A stretch of 64,000 bases of DNA, taken from assembly GCA_000165425.1 (NCBI GenBank), contig CT868063.1, positions 248,001-312,000 of the forward strand. Reading direction: 5' to 3'. The notes beneath the pieces were generated by a model. That model had not been told where the DNA came from and did not search any database. It saw nothing but the letters and a program-made list of their open reading frames with translations. Origin of the DNA: Paramecium tetraurelia (lineage: Eukaryota). The translations under genes and the position numbers were made by a program. This document shows positions 1-14,600 of the stretch, piece by piece; within the stretch, counting starts at the first letter, position 1; each line of letters starts with the position of its first letter.

Positions 1-715
1 AAAGCTTATTGGGACAAGGACTTTGATAATTTTGTTTTCACAGTTCCAGCCAATCTGAATTACTCCATCTTTTACGTTTATATGAATCTAACTAAGAACA
101 GCGATGAAGAAAACATTTTGAATAAGGAGGAAACAAAAGATTTCTTTAAAGAAGTTGATTAATCGAAATCAGAAGCAGAAACAACATAGGAAGAATTTCA
201 AGTTTTGGAAGCAATACTAAAATTAATACCAGAAGTGCATATCTCTCCTCCATATGTTGATGCAGATCATACTATTACGAAACCAATTATAAGAGGCGAT
301 TTATTTAAAGGTGGAGTTGTAACAGATGAGCCCTCAACTTTAATTGTAGAATACAACTGTGTTGAAAATGGAAATACCACTATAGAATTAAATATTCCTT
401 TGTAGTATTTCTAAGATATTACTATGGTATTTTAAAAGCAATGTGTAGTTTCCGCATAAAGTTCATTGTAATAGTTCTTTAAATATTATTAGTTCAACTT
501 TATCATTTTTATTTTATTTGATCTGTTTTGCAGTTGCAGGGTTTATGCTGTATACATTTGAAGTACATAAAATGAGTTTAAGTGATATTTTGAGAACCTT
601 TCAACAACGATAGAGATTCAATTACAAGGCAACTGGAAAGGATGAAGATATTGAATCTGAATTCAAAATAGGAAGATTAGTTGATAATTAGGAAAGTAAA
701 TATGGTAGCATTTGA
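1..715 (+). CDS. Single-pass membrane protein, 5' partial, with C-terminal YGSI (YxxPhi) sorting motif
   Basis: Code-6 frame open from base 1 (KAYWDKDFDNFVF...). A 25-nt intron lies at ~504-528, followed by a TM segment (LSFLFYLICFAVAGFMLY). Ends ...KYGSI-TGA. Confidence 0.7.
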
Positions 716-819
716 TGTTTATATATATATAAATAAGCTAAGTTTTTGTTGATATTCTTATTATTTAGATATCCATCAATAAATATATATATATATCTGC
801 TTTACTTTTTATTTATATA

Positions 820-2381
820 TCATTAATCATCCTAATCAACTGGTAAATTGGTTAAATCTAAGTCATTTCCTGTTATTTTTCTGTAAGCATTCAACACTTA
901 TTAAGTTTCACCTTCAAAATGGGATTATGGATCGAATGAACTTGAAATGTAGATGTTATCCTTGGATCCATCATCAGTTGGAACATAAACATCAGAAACC
1001 TTTTAATATTTATAATTAAAATTACAGTGACGAATTTCTCCAAGACTGGTCCGACGATTTCAAATGCGGGTTCTAATTCCTTTTCTGGATTATTGGTTTC
1101 CACATTGGTACTCAAAATGGCAATGAAGAATCCTTTCTTGCAAACATTATGAACATCACTAACCATCATAACATAAATATCTAATCTAATAAAAATAATA
1201 TATCTACCATTCTTTCTGCCTGTTTATCTTTATGGAATGATAACTTGAACTGATGGTAAATTCTTTGTATTTGGAATTGGGTGATTGAGAATGCAAATGC
1301 ATCTGACAATCTTTCCGATAGATTTAACTTTATTTGATAATTTTGCTTTTAATGCATATGATGGATCAGCAATAATCATCTTGCAATTAATTTATTCTAT
1401 TCCCATCAACTCCTTGACTTTCTCTGATTTTAATCCACATACCTAAATTAAATATTTTTTTATACTTTTCCTTCTCCATCAAAGAGCACTTCATCCAAAT
1501 CAGCATTCAACATAAATGTACCACCATTTACAGCAGCCATTCTAGAGAATCCTTCTGGAATACCTCCCAATCCGTAAATTGGATAGATGAATGGACTATC
1601 ACCATATCTTCCAATACTATCCATATACAATTTGATCTTCTCAATTGTTTAAATTGCTGGCTTATCTAAGAATAGATCATTTGAGAATAATGCAACAGCA
1701 TGACCAATGAAATCAATTGTATTTGGCTCTAATTCGAATTTCTTAAGCAATTGAGCACATGACATTTGATTCAGATTCAAACCTATGATATTAATTCACA
1801 TTTTACCATCATGAGTCTTGGGGTTGCTTGCTTCATAATTGGACACATAAGCCAAGAATTTCTAGCATCTTCTCTTTTCAAACATTCCCATCAAGTCAGA
1901 TTTAAGGGCTTCTGAAGCTGTTGCTGGAACCTAAACTTCTTATATTAATATTTACTTTCTCGATTTTGCCACCTCCCTTGCTAAACAGACCTGGCTCCTT
2001 CATTTGGAATACATATGTGCCATCAATAGCCTTCCATTCCAAATAACGAGCCACCTTGGTCTTAAGCAAAATTTTGACAAGCTATCCATTTGCCATCACA
2101 AACTTGGGAATCAAATCGATATTCCAATCTCTATTCTAACCTTTTCAAATTAATAACTGATACATACCTAATTGTTATGGAAATTGTTATCCGGCCTTAA
2201 ACAATTTCCAAAGGTTAGTTAAATTTAGTGATGCACCTTCTCCTCCATAATAGGGGTTACGATCCATGTGAAACACTCTCTTGCCTTCCATACTTAGTAA
2301 TCCACTAAGAATGCACTCAATCAAACCAGTTCCGCACACAACGACATCATAATTAGGATTTATTGGCTCTTAAGTATCCAT
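820..2381 (-). CDS. GDI: Rab GDP-dissociation inhibitor
   Basis: [47 protein letters not shown]..., [30 protein letters not shown]. Several ~25-nt introns. TGA at 820-822. Confidence 0.96.
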
Positions 2382-3084
2382 ACTTAAATACAAAATATTT
2401 ATTAAAAAATACTCGAGCCCCTCGAACCTAAATTTCTATCAAATGACGTAGAAAAAATTAGGAGATTCCAAAAAATGACAACCTTATCAAACCAAAATCC
2501 AGAAATACTGTGTAATACAAACACATTTAATCCATTACTACTTTATGGAATATAAACTGAATTTCTCAGAATAAGCAACTTTTAAATATTCATATAAATT
2601 TTTATATAATTATAAAAATTACTCTTTTCATTTTTGAAGATTGCCAATTGGATAATAAGCAGTACTTCTAGATGTTGGCCAACGAATGGATCTGTAACTT
2701 TTTAGGATTCTATCTAATTGTATGAAATATAAAATATGTATTGCATAGTTATATTTAGAAGTATATTCAATAGATCAATACATATTTATGATATGTCACT
2801 TAAGAATTTTACAATTAGAATAAGAGATAACTTTAAGAATCTCATTAAAGGAGAAATTTATATTTAATATCAATGTAGCTAATTTTCAATTTAACTAACT
2901 CTTTAATCCTTGTTTTTATATTCAGCTATTGGAAGATTACTTTTGATTTCAATAAACTTAATGCCTTTAGTTTTTATAAAAATGTTTTATAAGTTTATAT
3001 ATAAATAACAATTAATTAAAATTAATTCGAGAATATGAAAAAATGTGTAAAAATTGATTTTATATTTGATGCTTTATGTATATG

Positions 3085-3786
3085 TCATTCAAATATAATT
3101 TCCCCGAAGGGCCTGGTCTCTGTTTGCTGATTAAACCAATTCATGCTGGAATCTTATTCTAAGGGTTGTTGTGAAAACTCATAGTTATCTAAAAAAACAG
3201 GGTAATAAGCGGTGAATGATATGATAAAATTATTGTAATAGTCCTCTAAAATTTTCTTGGGTACTTCTTCAACTTCAGTATTATTTATAGCCGCTTGTTG
3301 CCCGGCTAGAATTATAAAACTTACAATTTTCTTAATTATTCTTCTATTTTTTGAATTAAATTCGATAACTGATTTTTTTACTCTTGATTTGGATTAAAGT
3401 CGTTTATTATAGATATCATTTAAGATTCGACAAAGTTATTAATCGTTTTTGTGATTGTCAATTTCTTATTTAACAAACTTCGATATTTCAGCTTTTTCAA
3501 GTTATTTACCTGCCAACTCTTGTTAGAGAAGGCATTTGCATACAATATAAACTTCTAGATCTTAATATAAGTTTTTATGGCCTTATTTTTTATAAAGCGA
3601 TCTAATTGTTTCTACATTAATGTTCAAGTCCTTTGCAATCTCGCTCAAGGTCTCTTAGTTTGACTTAAGCCTCTCTAAAATCTCAAGCTTGACTTAAAAT
3701 TTGATTTTCTTATAAGAACCTCTGAAGTTCTTTTTACTATTTTAATTAATTGAACTTTATTTCTGATTTGTGTTTTAAGTACTCAT
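3085..3786 (-). CDS. Helix-turn-helix (Psq/CENP-B N-terminal-like) putative DNA-binding protein, 233 aa
   Basis: Intronless 702-nt code-6 ORF containing RGSYKKIKFQVKLEILERLKSNQETLSEIAKDLNINVETIRSLYKK. Confidence 0.7.
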
Positions 3787-4577
3787 TAATTATATTAAAT
3801 AAATTAATGAAAAGTCCTGTCAGCCATTCGAAAATAAATAGTGTAAGAATCGTCAGAATATATTAGGGATTTAATAAATAACATGAAATATGGAAAGCAG
3901 AATCACTTTATTCCATTTATTCAAAATAATAGTATAGATTTTTATGAATGGAGAAAAATTGTAGCAAACTAGAAAGCGAACTTTAATACTCTATTTATCT
4001 AAATAGATCTTGTAACATATGGACAAAGTTAGCAGAATTGTATGATAATTCAACATTTGTAAACATCTAATTAAATAAAATCTGATTTGGAATTTATTCT
4101 TTTGTGAATTTGTCATAATTATGTTATGTATTGGCATATAAGGTCCGTATGGACAGAAGGATATTAAAAAAAGAGCATGGAATAAATTAACTGCAATTGA
4201 CAAAGTAATTGAAAATAAGCAGATAAAGGAATTATTACTAAATTAATAAGCACTAGACTATTGTACTTAATCTAAAAGACTTTTCTATTGAAGAAAAATA
4301 GTAAATAAATGGAAAGAGTGAACTTAATAATAATTAATTAAAGTAATAGAAATGGAAGATAGAATCTGAATACTTATCAATCCATCAATGATCCTAGTGA
4401 AGTAATGATATTGTGAGGACTAGATGCTTAGATTGTAATGAATCAACATTAGAAAATAGTATGAAGAGTATTCCTCAACATTTAGGAATTAGAGAGCTGA
4501 TGTAAAATCATACTGAATTTAGTTATTCTGATTGGAAAGAGACTCTAAGAAGGATTGATTGTAATATAAAAGTTAAT

Positions 4578-6078
4578 TCATTGAAATTTGTATCCTTCAA
4601 ATAAACATTAAACACTTTTTCTTCTGATGAGAGATGCGGCGTCTTCTTAAGGTTCGCTATCAGCAGAGATTTAACTTTGAAAATCGAAATTTCCGTCTAT
4701 GCTCTAAGAACTTATTCAAATCTATACCCCAGGAACATATTATGACTTGATTTCTTTATTGATCAACTTGCCCCAAGGATATCCTTTCAGCCATTGGTGC
4801 TCAAAAATCTCTTCAATTCCATTGTGGCCTAACCTTTGTTAAGGCTTTCTTATGAGTAGCTATAGAATAAATATTTAGAGATTACTCTATTAATGAAGTC
4901 CTGTGCTTTCGGAGAGAACCTTTCATCTTTAATTTAAACTTATTTGGCTAGGATCTGATCTCTAATTTCTTATCTATTCTTGCCATTATATGGTCTTTTG
5001 CCAAGGAGTAACTCGTAAGCAATAACTCCAAGTGCATAATAATCGACAGGAAATGAATGGTCGAGTCTACACATAACTTCAGGTGCCATGTAACCAGGAG
5101 TTCCTGAGGTATCACTAGCAGCAGAATCCTTATTTAATCTAGCTACTCCCAAGTCAGTTAATCTCAAGAATCCATCTTTATCGAAAACTAGATTTTCAGG
5201 TTTAACATCTCTATGGATTATGCCATTTTGATGTAAATATTAGAGAGCCAATAAAATACAACAGACAAAAAACTCTTTAGATATAAAATAATGGGGTACT
5301 TGTTTGATCTTCTGAGAATCTGGTGTTTCTACCAATATGATATCTGAGGTCTCCTCCTCTGAGTAAATCCAAGACCAAGTATAAGTTTTCTCTGTCTTAA
5401 TAAGCATAATGCATATTCACTAGAAAAGGATGTTTGAGATGTTCGAGTAGATACTTTTCATTCATCACAGAATTAACAGACCTTTTAGAGATGATTCTAA
5501 TAATCATTCAGATAAAAAGATACTTGGATTTCAACATTTCTTTAAGCGCATATTCTTAACGATTGGCTTTCATTTCAACTCTCCAAACCTTTCCAAATCC
5601 GCCTTTTCCAATTACATATAGAAATTTGAAGGAATGTCTTCCGATTACTATAATAATAGATACTAATAAGTTTACCATTTTCCTTGGGAGGCGAGGATTC
5701 AAGAGATGTCTTTCTGGTCCGAGAATTATTAACCATTGTGGTTGAAGTAGTATTATTGATTTATTTGCCACTATAATAACTGTGATGAATGACATGATTT
5801 GATTGTTGTCTTGATATTTATTTTGAGATGACAGCTTATTATACTAAAATAGCTTTCTGATCAACTGTTCTTTTCGAAACTGGTGAGCTTTCATCAACCA
5901 CCAACGAATTTTTGATACTCAACATTGAGGATGATCTTTTTCGAGCACAGATTAAGCAACTTTTTTGATTGCATTGACAAAGAGATTCCACCTTCTTACT
6001 AATCTTAAACTTTATCTTCGACAGTGGGTTGTGTTAAGAATGCTGAGCAGGCATTATGTCTTTTAATGAGACATGCAT
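4578..6078 (-). CDS. AGC-group Ser/Thr protein kinase
   Basis: IGKGGFGKVW, YALKEM, HRDVKPEN, LTDLG, GTPGYMAPE, RLGHNGIEEIFEHQW. Multiple short introns. Ends LFEGYKFQ-TGA. Confidence 0.93.
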
Positions 6079-6546
6079 ATTATTTAATTATTAATCAAAC
6101 TCAAACAACTAAAAACTCTTCCTATAGAAAATATGGGAACTGAATCAATAGTTTTTTAATTAGAATCATTAGTACACTATACCTTTTAATATCTAAGTGA
6201 TTTTTTGATTTCTTACCAATCCATAGACATTATAAAGACTTTCTTAAAATTCTTACTATAAGAGAAAATAATGTCACTTCATATTTAGTGATTATAGGGA
6301 AATCTATTTAAATATAAACATTTAATTATTATAAGATATACTTAATAAAGTATTAATAGATTAAGTAGAGAGACAGTAATTTAAGTAACTGTGACACTTT
6401 TAATAAATTATTTACTATTATTCTTATTGCTTTCTATAAAGTGAATTTGTTATCAAATATTAGATGTTATAATCTATCAAAGTGCTTATGAATAATTTAG
6501 AGGAAATGCCAAATAATATGATAATTTAATTATAAAAATAAAAATA

Positions 6547-7105
6547 ATGTAAAGAGAATAGGCAGTTTAGATTGCAGGATAATTATATAATTATTATACA
6601 AAAAAAGGGAGTTTAGACAGTAAGTTTGACTTTTATGCTGTTAGTTTAAACAATGATGGCTAATAATTATAAGATGATGGGTAAATAATCTCAGATCTAA
6701 TAAGAAGATATTGAGGAATACAAATAAGTTATTGGAAGCGGTTAAAAGAAAGATTTTGAATAGTTATGTATCAGATATTTCTGCAACACTCTTCCGATAG
6801 TGAATTAATAAAAGAAATAAAAATACTCAAAAATTGCTAATGACAGATTAGAAATTGCAAGGAAAATTTTCCGTAAATTTGATGCAGATAACTCTGGTAC
6901 TATAACTTCGGATGAAGTTCGAGGATTATTAATTGAAACATACAAGTAAGTGGGGATAAACAACTATCAGCCAACAGATGAAGATCTGAAAGAGTGGATG
7001 AATATGACAGACACAAATGGAGATGGATTAATCAGCATAGAAGAATTTGAAGATTTAGTAATTCGGAGTTTGTAGAGTTCTGGAATAGAAATATATTAGA
7101 AATGA
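6547..7105 (+). CDS. EF-hand Ca2+-binding protein
   Basis: Loops DADNSGTITSDE and DTNGDGLISIEE. One 25-nt intron (~6620-6644). TGA at 7103-7105. Confidence 0.88.
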
Positions 7106-7123
7106 ATTGTATTTATTATAAAT

Positions 7124-8549
7124 TCAGATTAAATTGTTATTTTCTTCTGGTTATTGATGCAACTGTTTAATTGCATCCTTTTAATTTTTGATATGCTTTC
7201 CTTAATCTGGTAATGCTCCTATAGACAAGCAAACCCCAATTCCTGCTAATACTAAATAAATAATATCAACATCTCTCATTCTATCTTTTTCTCCCTTTAA
7301 GAAAGTATAAACAAATCCTGATAGCATGGGTACTGTTGCCATACAGATATTTTCAATGATTCCCAATATTCCCAATGCAGTAGCTCTTAATAATACAAAT
7401 AGAATACCTAACATATTATCAGGGACAGTTGATTACAATGCAGGCATCAGAATGCTTGAATAGCAAGCATAAGACAATCCTAAAGTTATCAAACTTCACA
7501 TAGATAGAAAATATAAATTACGCAAAAACGGACATATAGTTGGGATGTGTAGAATGAGGCATATAATAGAGTTGTAAATGCGATAAAAAGAACATTAGAG
7601 TCGATACAAAAATGAGGACCTGGCGTTTATGAGAAAACGTGTCACTGATTTTTCCAATGATTGGAGAGGATAAAGCTATACATAAGATAGAAATTTAATA
7701 CCTGCTACAATATATCCAACAGTGACGATTCTACCAGCATGCATAATACTAAATCCGAATCTCTCGTGATAAAACTTATTAGCATTGTCTAAGAAGGGAA
7801 CATAAGCTGCCAACATCAGTGTAGTGATTAGACTCATTCTGACAAATGGTTTACTAAGCTTAACTAATATAGTTTGGTCAATTACATTTAGATAATGAAA
7901 CCTCCTCGTCTGGTTCTTCTGCCTAACAAGTATCATACTTTGTGTCTAAATATATCATTAGTAATCCAGATAAGAAGGACTATGATTTAGGTTTATTGAA
8001 TATACCATAATGCACAATGATAATCCAAAAAGTAAAGGCCATTCTAAAGAATGAGTTTTCTCAAATAGATATGGTGATAAAAAGGAATTCAATGCTGCTG
8101 CCAATTCTGGAACTGTTAAAATCAACCCCATTGCTGTTCCCAAACAATGTGGCATCCTTCTAGCAATCACCTTAAACACACCTATGTGTAATAAATCACT
8201 TGCTATTCCAAATATTGCCCTCCCTACTAACATCATATAATATTTTTAATAGCATCCACCAAATGCTATAAATAATTATGAGAGTCCAAGCATTAATGAA
8301 AATGTAAATACCTATTTATTGTATAAATTTTACTCCCCATCTTCCTCCCATCCTATCTATCATGATACCTCCTCCAATAGATAATCCAATATTTGGAACT
8401 GCAAATATGCTGTACAACAAATTGAATTATGTTTATGTTAGTTTAAACTCTTTTTCAATCGGAATCTCAAGTGCTTGGGGTATGTCAAAGGCATAGTTAT
8501 TTCCAACCATTAACAATATTGCCAAACCTATAATTAGACGATCGATCAT
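7124..8549 (-). CDS. Major facilitator superfamily transporter, MFSD1-like
   Basis: GNNYAFDIPQALE, QFNLLYSIFAVPNIGL, DRMGRR and MMLVGRAIFG motifs, with many TM helices. C-terminus ENNNLI matches an acidic dileucine motif. Confidence 0.9.
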
Positions 8550-8638
8550 CCGTTTTTTATATATATAATATTAAATTCTTAATAGTATTAAAAAACTAAC
8601 AAATTTTAAAATATATATTATCTTTGTATGTAATCAAC

Positions 8639-11600
8639 TCAAAGTCTTGGTTTAGCAATCTATTTATTGATTGTAAAAGTTCTAAAATATTTATTATATT
8701 TATATACTCTAATCCTTCATCATCTTACATGAATTCAGTATGTGTTTTTAGCATTTTTTAATTGTCACTTACTTGTGGTATATTTGTATTTGTGATTGTC
8801 AACTATTATCCAGTATCATAGTCTTATTAGAAATATCGAATAGACACTCTATTACCCTTCTCCTATTTCTTTGTTGTTGGACCCTTATTTTTTACAAGTT
8901 CCATAACTGATCTTGCAAGATTCTAGAACCTCTTTCTTATTTAAGCACTTTTCTTAGTTCTTTTGTAATTAAAGCACTTGACAATCTTTTACGATTTTAA
9001 TATAGGGAATAATGATGTTAATTTTGAATTTATATTGTCTATAATTTTCTCCGCTTATGAAGAATTTAGCTTAATCACAAGTTTGGTCAGGTACAGCAAA
9101 AATTGTGCATTTATTGCTATTAAAAAGACATAACTGCAGATTTCAATGAATTTCAAATTGTATTGTTCACTTTAAACAACTAAAATGCTAAAAATAATTG
9201 TAGTAAGGCAAACGATATGCATATGACTTTCTAAATTGTTAAATAAGGATGCTTTATAAGGTTGAAACTTTTCTACTAATTGTTAATAGACGATTATTAT
9301 TAAAACTACAAAGGTTGCTTTCCAGACTATTTAATCCTGGAACTACAATAGCACAATTACCAATAAGAATTTTTATATTAATTTGCAATACTCCCAATAA
9401 TAATATTTACTTTTATAATTTAAGTACAAATAACCAAACATCATTTTCGTTTTTAAAAGTGTTAATTATTATTTTCTCTAAAATATTGCGACAAAGTCCA
9501 ATACCAATATGATAAGAAATAATATAAATATTGGAATAATGAATTGCAAAATCCATAAATAATGTTCTTGTGAATCAAATATATATGTGACATCAGCAAG
9601 AACCCACTTTTTCCCTCCTATTACTCTATATGAGATTAAAGAGATCAAACAGGAGAATATACTTGGAGAATAATAGAGTTTGCAATATTATAGAGAATTG
9701 AAAATTAAATGATGCCGAGTTTCACTTTCTGTTCTAAATACAAATAATATGAACACACCAATAATTATCAAATAGAGGATTGGTGAAAATATTTAAATTA
9801 TGGCTCTAATATAAATGATATTGAAAGTAGCTTCATAATTAGACCATACACAATCTAATGAAAAGGATATTGACTCTGTAGGATTTCCTAAAAAGTTTAT
9901 AATCGAAGATAATTGAATGGGAATATTCAATTGCAACATAGTCAAATAGAATATTATCTAAAAATAATGAAGAAATATCTTATTGCAACTAATAGTTGAA
10001 AACCAGAATACTCTAAACAACTTGTTAAAATCACTCTTTATACAAAAAGCGGTTATTCCAATGGCTAAAATATTCCTAGATTTTATAATTAATTAAATAC
10101 CATATGTTTAAGATTATGTAATAGAAGATTGTATATCTCTAACTTGAGCATTATTGACAAGAATACTTAAACAAATTCTAAAATTTTTCTGAGCCTCTAG
10201 TACCATAAATATCACACTGTTCACATAATGCTCCTACATATCCAATTTCACAACTAGCATCTCCTGTTTCCCAACCTCCTTTGCATTTAGTCTACGAATA
10301 GGAGCATTACAAAATATCATCTGAATTCTAATGGTATCTCCAGAAACCTTATCTGAGTTTCAATTATCCTGATGTTACTGAAGATGTTGTAAGTTCGTTT
10401 CTTTTTGAACATTTAATAGATTTGATTATTACAGAATATAAATCTTAAGTGTAGTCACAAGCCTTACATTGATCACGATCAAAGATTTCTCCTATTTTAC
10501 AAGTGAAAGTCTTGACTTGGAATTGGAGTTAGTAATTTTATGAATTAGTTATGGTGTTACTTAAGACTTTAATACAATTGCATTTGATTTTTAATAATAA
10601 AGGTTACTCAGTGTATGGTGTGAAAGTAAAAATTTGATCATCAAAATCAAAATCTTAAGAAGATTCATTGAATTTAACTTTGATTTAGATTTAAGAATCA
10701 TCACTAAATATTGTGCAGTAGAAATTGCTTAGATTTCTCATTATATCATTTTATCTATTCAAAGCAACAACCCTCAAAGTTTAATTGGCATTTATATATT
10801 TATTCAATTTCTGATCAAAATACTAGTACTAACCAATTTATTATCCTGATGGAAAGTATATGTAACTAGTAATGCTTCCATCAAACATAGAATAATTTTG
10901 AATCTTTATTTAATCTAATTGAATTGATTAATTATTCATCAAATCTGTAGGGAATAAGATATTCCTATAATTGTCAACAGTAATTCCTAATTTTGATGGA
11001 ATTTCAACAATGTCATTTCCAAAATAGCTAGCTTGGTTTGCCTTAAAGGTTTCGTGCTCTATGAATATAGGCAACTAAATATTTGTAAAGACTCCTCCAC
11101 CTTATTCAGCTTTATTGTAATAAATTTAAGACTGTTTAAAGACTATACTCTTGCCTTCATAGTAGACAGCTCCTCCTTTGTATTTTGCTGTGTTATTAAT
11201 AAAATTTGACCTTAAAACAGTTATTGAAAATTCATAAGTATTCAAACAACATCCTTATAAGGCTGTATTCTCTAAGCAATAATAGTTTGATATTAATATA
11301 TCTTTTGACACTATCTTCTCATCTGGCTAATATGATATTGGTTGTATAGTTATGCAAGAGTTTAAACATAAATTTGAATGACTGAAGAGTGTATCCATAA
11401 CTATTTAGGATACATTTTATTATTTAATTAAAGCATTAATATTAATTAGTTCATTTATTTGATTGTTCATAAATGTAATGTTTCTAAAAAAGATTGATTT
11501 CGTTGTAATTTATTGCACAATGTTTATTAGGGTAGATGCAGATAATTAGGATGAAAATATCAATAATTCTTAGGAACATTCTATCTGTTTCATGAAATCT

Positions 11601-14600
11601 GTCATTTATGATATTGAAGTACAATCATTAATTTTAGTAGAGCTAAGTTTACAGATCTATCTGTTACTCTTATAGTTAAAATTGTTTTATGTGTTGAGCA
11701 CCTATATATTTGTTAACTGAATGTCACTATAGCTTACAATATTAATTAATTATTGATTAACTATGTTTGCATTGTCAACTAATAGATTAGCTAAAATAAT
11801 TTCAGAGGATTGTTCCACAGATATTATGCCCTCTTATATTAGATTTACAAAATATGAATTTTTAAATTCAATAGAACACATTTTCAAATTTATTAATTGC
11901 CTTTATTTTGCTAAAGTATTATCTATCTAATTTTAATTATCAAATTTTAAGTTTTCAAAGTATGTTTAATAAGCTGATTACTCAACTATTATTTCCTTTA
12001 GACTTAACTTGCAAGGCTATTCATTTGAATTGATAGAATTATCAAAATATAGAATTGATCCTAAATCTGCATAATTATCTTTAAAAAAAGAATTTTAAAA
12101 TTCAATCTGTATTTTTTGATAAATTGAAGATTTGATAAAAAGAAATCCGCCTAGATTTTACGTGAAAACTTAGCTCACTGAAATGTTGATGAATTACATT
12201 AGTATTTCCTATGATTGTATTTCTAGATATATGGCAGCTCCATAGGATAAAGAGTTATCAATCAAGTTAGATAAATTACTAAATTAGCAATTCTGTATTG
12301 TTAACGTAGAAATATTCTAACTGCTTATTTGAAATCCTCCTCCATAAAATCCTTATGAAGTATTCAAATGCACATCATTTACTACAAGAGATGATGTTTT
12401 CAAGTATCCATTGCCAGATTGAGTGTAAATTGATGTGATAGAAGTTGAAAGATCTTTTATAAAATAATTTAATGTTGTGTAATTCATTACATTATTATTA
12501 TTAAAAAGAGTATAAGCGATGTTTAACTATTGAGTGTTGATGTAAAGTAATGAAACAGTGGAATTCAATATTAAATTATACTCCAAGGAAGAAGTAATTA
12601 AAGAAAAATATCCTCTTGGAGCAATTGCAACTATGAGTAAAGATGATGCAATTTAGGATTCCTCCTAAAATTCATTCAATAAATTCCCTTGAAATATTAA
12701 TGAAGAGAAATGAATAACAATTTAGTTTTAATCGATAATACTTATAAGTCCGAGCGAATTTTAATTAAGATTCTTTAAAAGCAAATTTCTTTCAAACTTT
12801 ACCTGATTGATTATAATTAGTTTTTACAGAATCTCTTAAATTAAATTCATCTTTTGGTCATATATAATTTGTATAATTCCTTGATTGTATAAAGTATTAT
12901 TTGAGAAAATCGAGTTTTGAATAGTAATTTTTCTCACTTCAAAAAAAGAGATGAGAGAATATTCCTATTAAAATTTGGAAGAATCTAAACAGATAAAACT
13001 TAAAAACTATTCTCTTTTTCTTTTAATTATTTGCAAATTATCAATAATTACTTCGATTGAATTCAGTATTGCTATTTCTGGCAAATCTTCTTCTCTTATT
13101 ATTAAAAAGTTAGTGATTTTTATTAAGTTACAAGACAATAGAATTTTATTTTTTGAAATATCAATTTCATTTAATAATTCTATTTAAGTTATTTAAGAGT
13201 TCTAAATTTAAATATTCAAAAGTTAAATTTAAATTGGTTACTAGTTTTCCTGATTCACATAGATTAAAGGAACTTCTTTTTCATATTTGATAAGATTAAA
13301 ACTTATCTTGTCCAAAATGAACTGCGGTTCATTAATATAAGAAATGCCACCTTAAAACAAAGTACTATAGGATTAGAGAGTTAGTCCAGATAGAGTAATG
13401 TCTTCTATTTCAATAAAATTATTTAGAGAAAATAAAATCGTATTTATTAAGGTTGAATCTTATATGAGGGCTTATTTCACTTAAATTTAATAGAAATAAT
13501 TAAGATTAAAAAATATTGTGGAATCAATAATTAATTAATTTAAATCCAAATTTTGCATCAAAATATTATTTAGACCATAAAAAGAGAGTTTAATGTATGT
13601 GGAGTTTTTAACAACCATATTTGTGATTTTTAAGTTTGAAATGTTGATTTTGATAGAGTTTTAATTTAATATGTTAAATAAGATTATATTTATAAAATCA
13701 CAATTTATAAATTTAACATTATCTAAGGTTAATTAGGATGGTTGTTAATTAGTTTTAATTAAAATAAATTGAGAGTTCATTTCAGATAAGAGTAAATTTA
13801 TAATTTAAATGTCTCGAAATTCAATAGATTATTAACTTCTCGCAAAAATTATAATTTATTACTATTTATTCAGGGATCCAAAATTCACATTCTAAAACGT
13901 TGTTTTTAGGTTAAATTTGGAATCAATAATTATCGTAGCTATGAGATTAGATGATGATATAAAGGATATATTAGAAATGATAATTTCAGTAAAGCCTAAC
14001 AAATAAAAATTTTCAAATATTAAAAGGTCTGACTATTATGAGGAGTAGAAATTCAATTTAATTAAGCTATAATTAATAACAATATTACATTGCGGAAAAC
14101 ACATTTTTGCTCATACTTTATTAAAATTATCCTTCCTGAGGAATTTTACAAGAATGTTCAAGACCATCAACAATTTCAAAATTATAAATTAATTCTTTAA
14201 CCGTATTTTTATTTGCATAAGAATAAAGCTTTTCATTTTCAAAATAAGATAGATGATCTATTTCACTGTTGGAAGAGAATAAATCTTTTATGTTTATTTA
14301 ATTTTTATAAGAAACAAAATCATCTTAGCAGTATATTTTGACATCTATTGTTATCGATTTAAAGCATTTTTATTGATGAGGGTTAGAACTGCAGTCTTAA
14401 AAACTCTAAAGATCTTCATCATAAAAATATAAGTATGAAAATCCTTTAATACAGATATTCTAATATATTTGAGATTAGCTTGTATAATAAGGATTTATAG
14501 CAGCTACCTCTGATTAGCTTCTTTTAATGCAAATTTAGCAATAGGTGGGACATTCCAAACAATTATCATCAACTACTGAAAGAATCTTGCCCAAATAAGT

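Noticed and set aside
720..820. (TA)n runs
   Set aside because: Ordinary short AT microsatellites in a 3' intergenic region, not a CRISPR or structured repeat.
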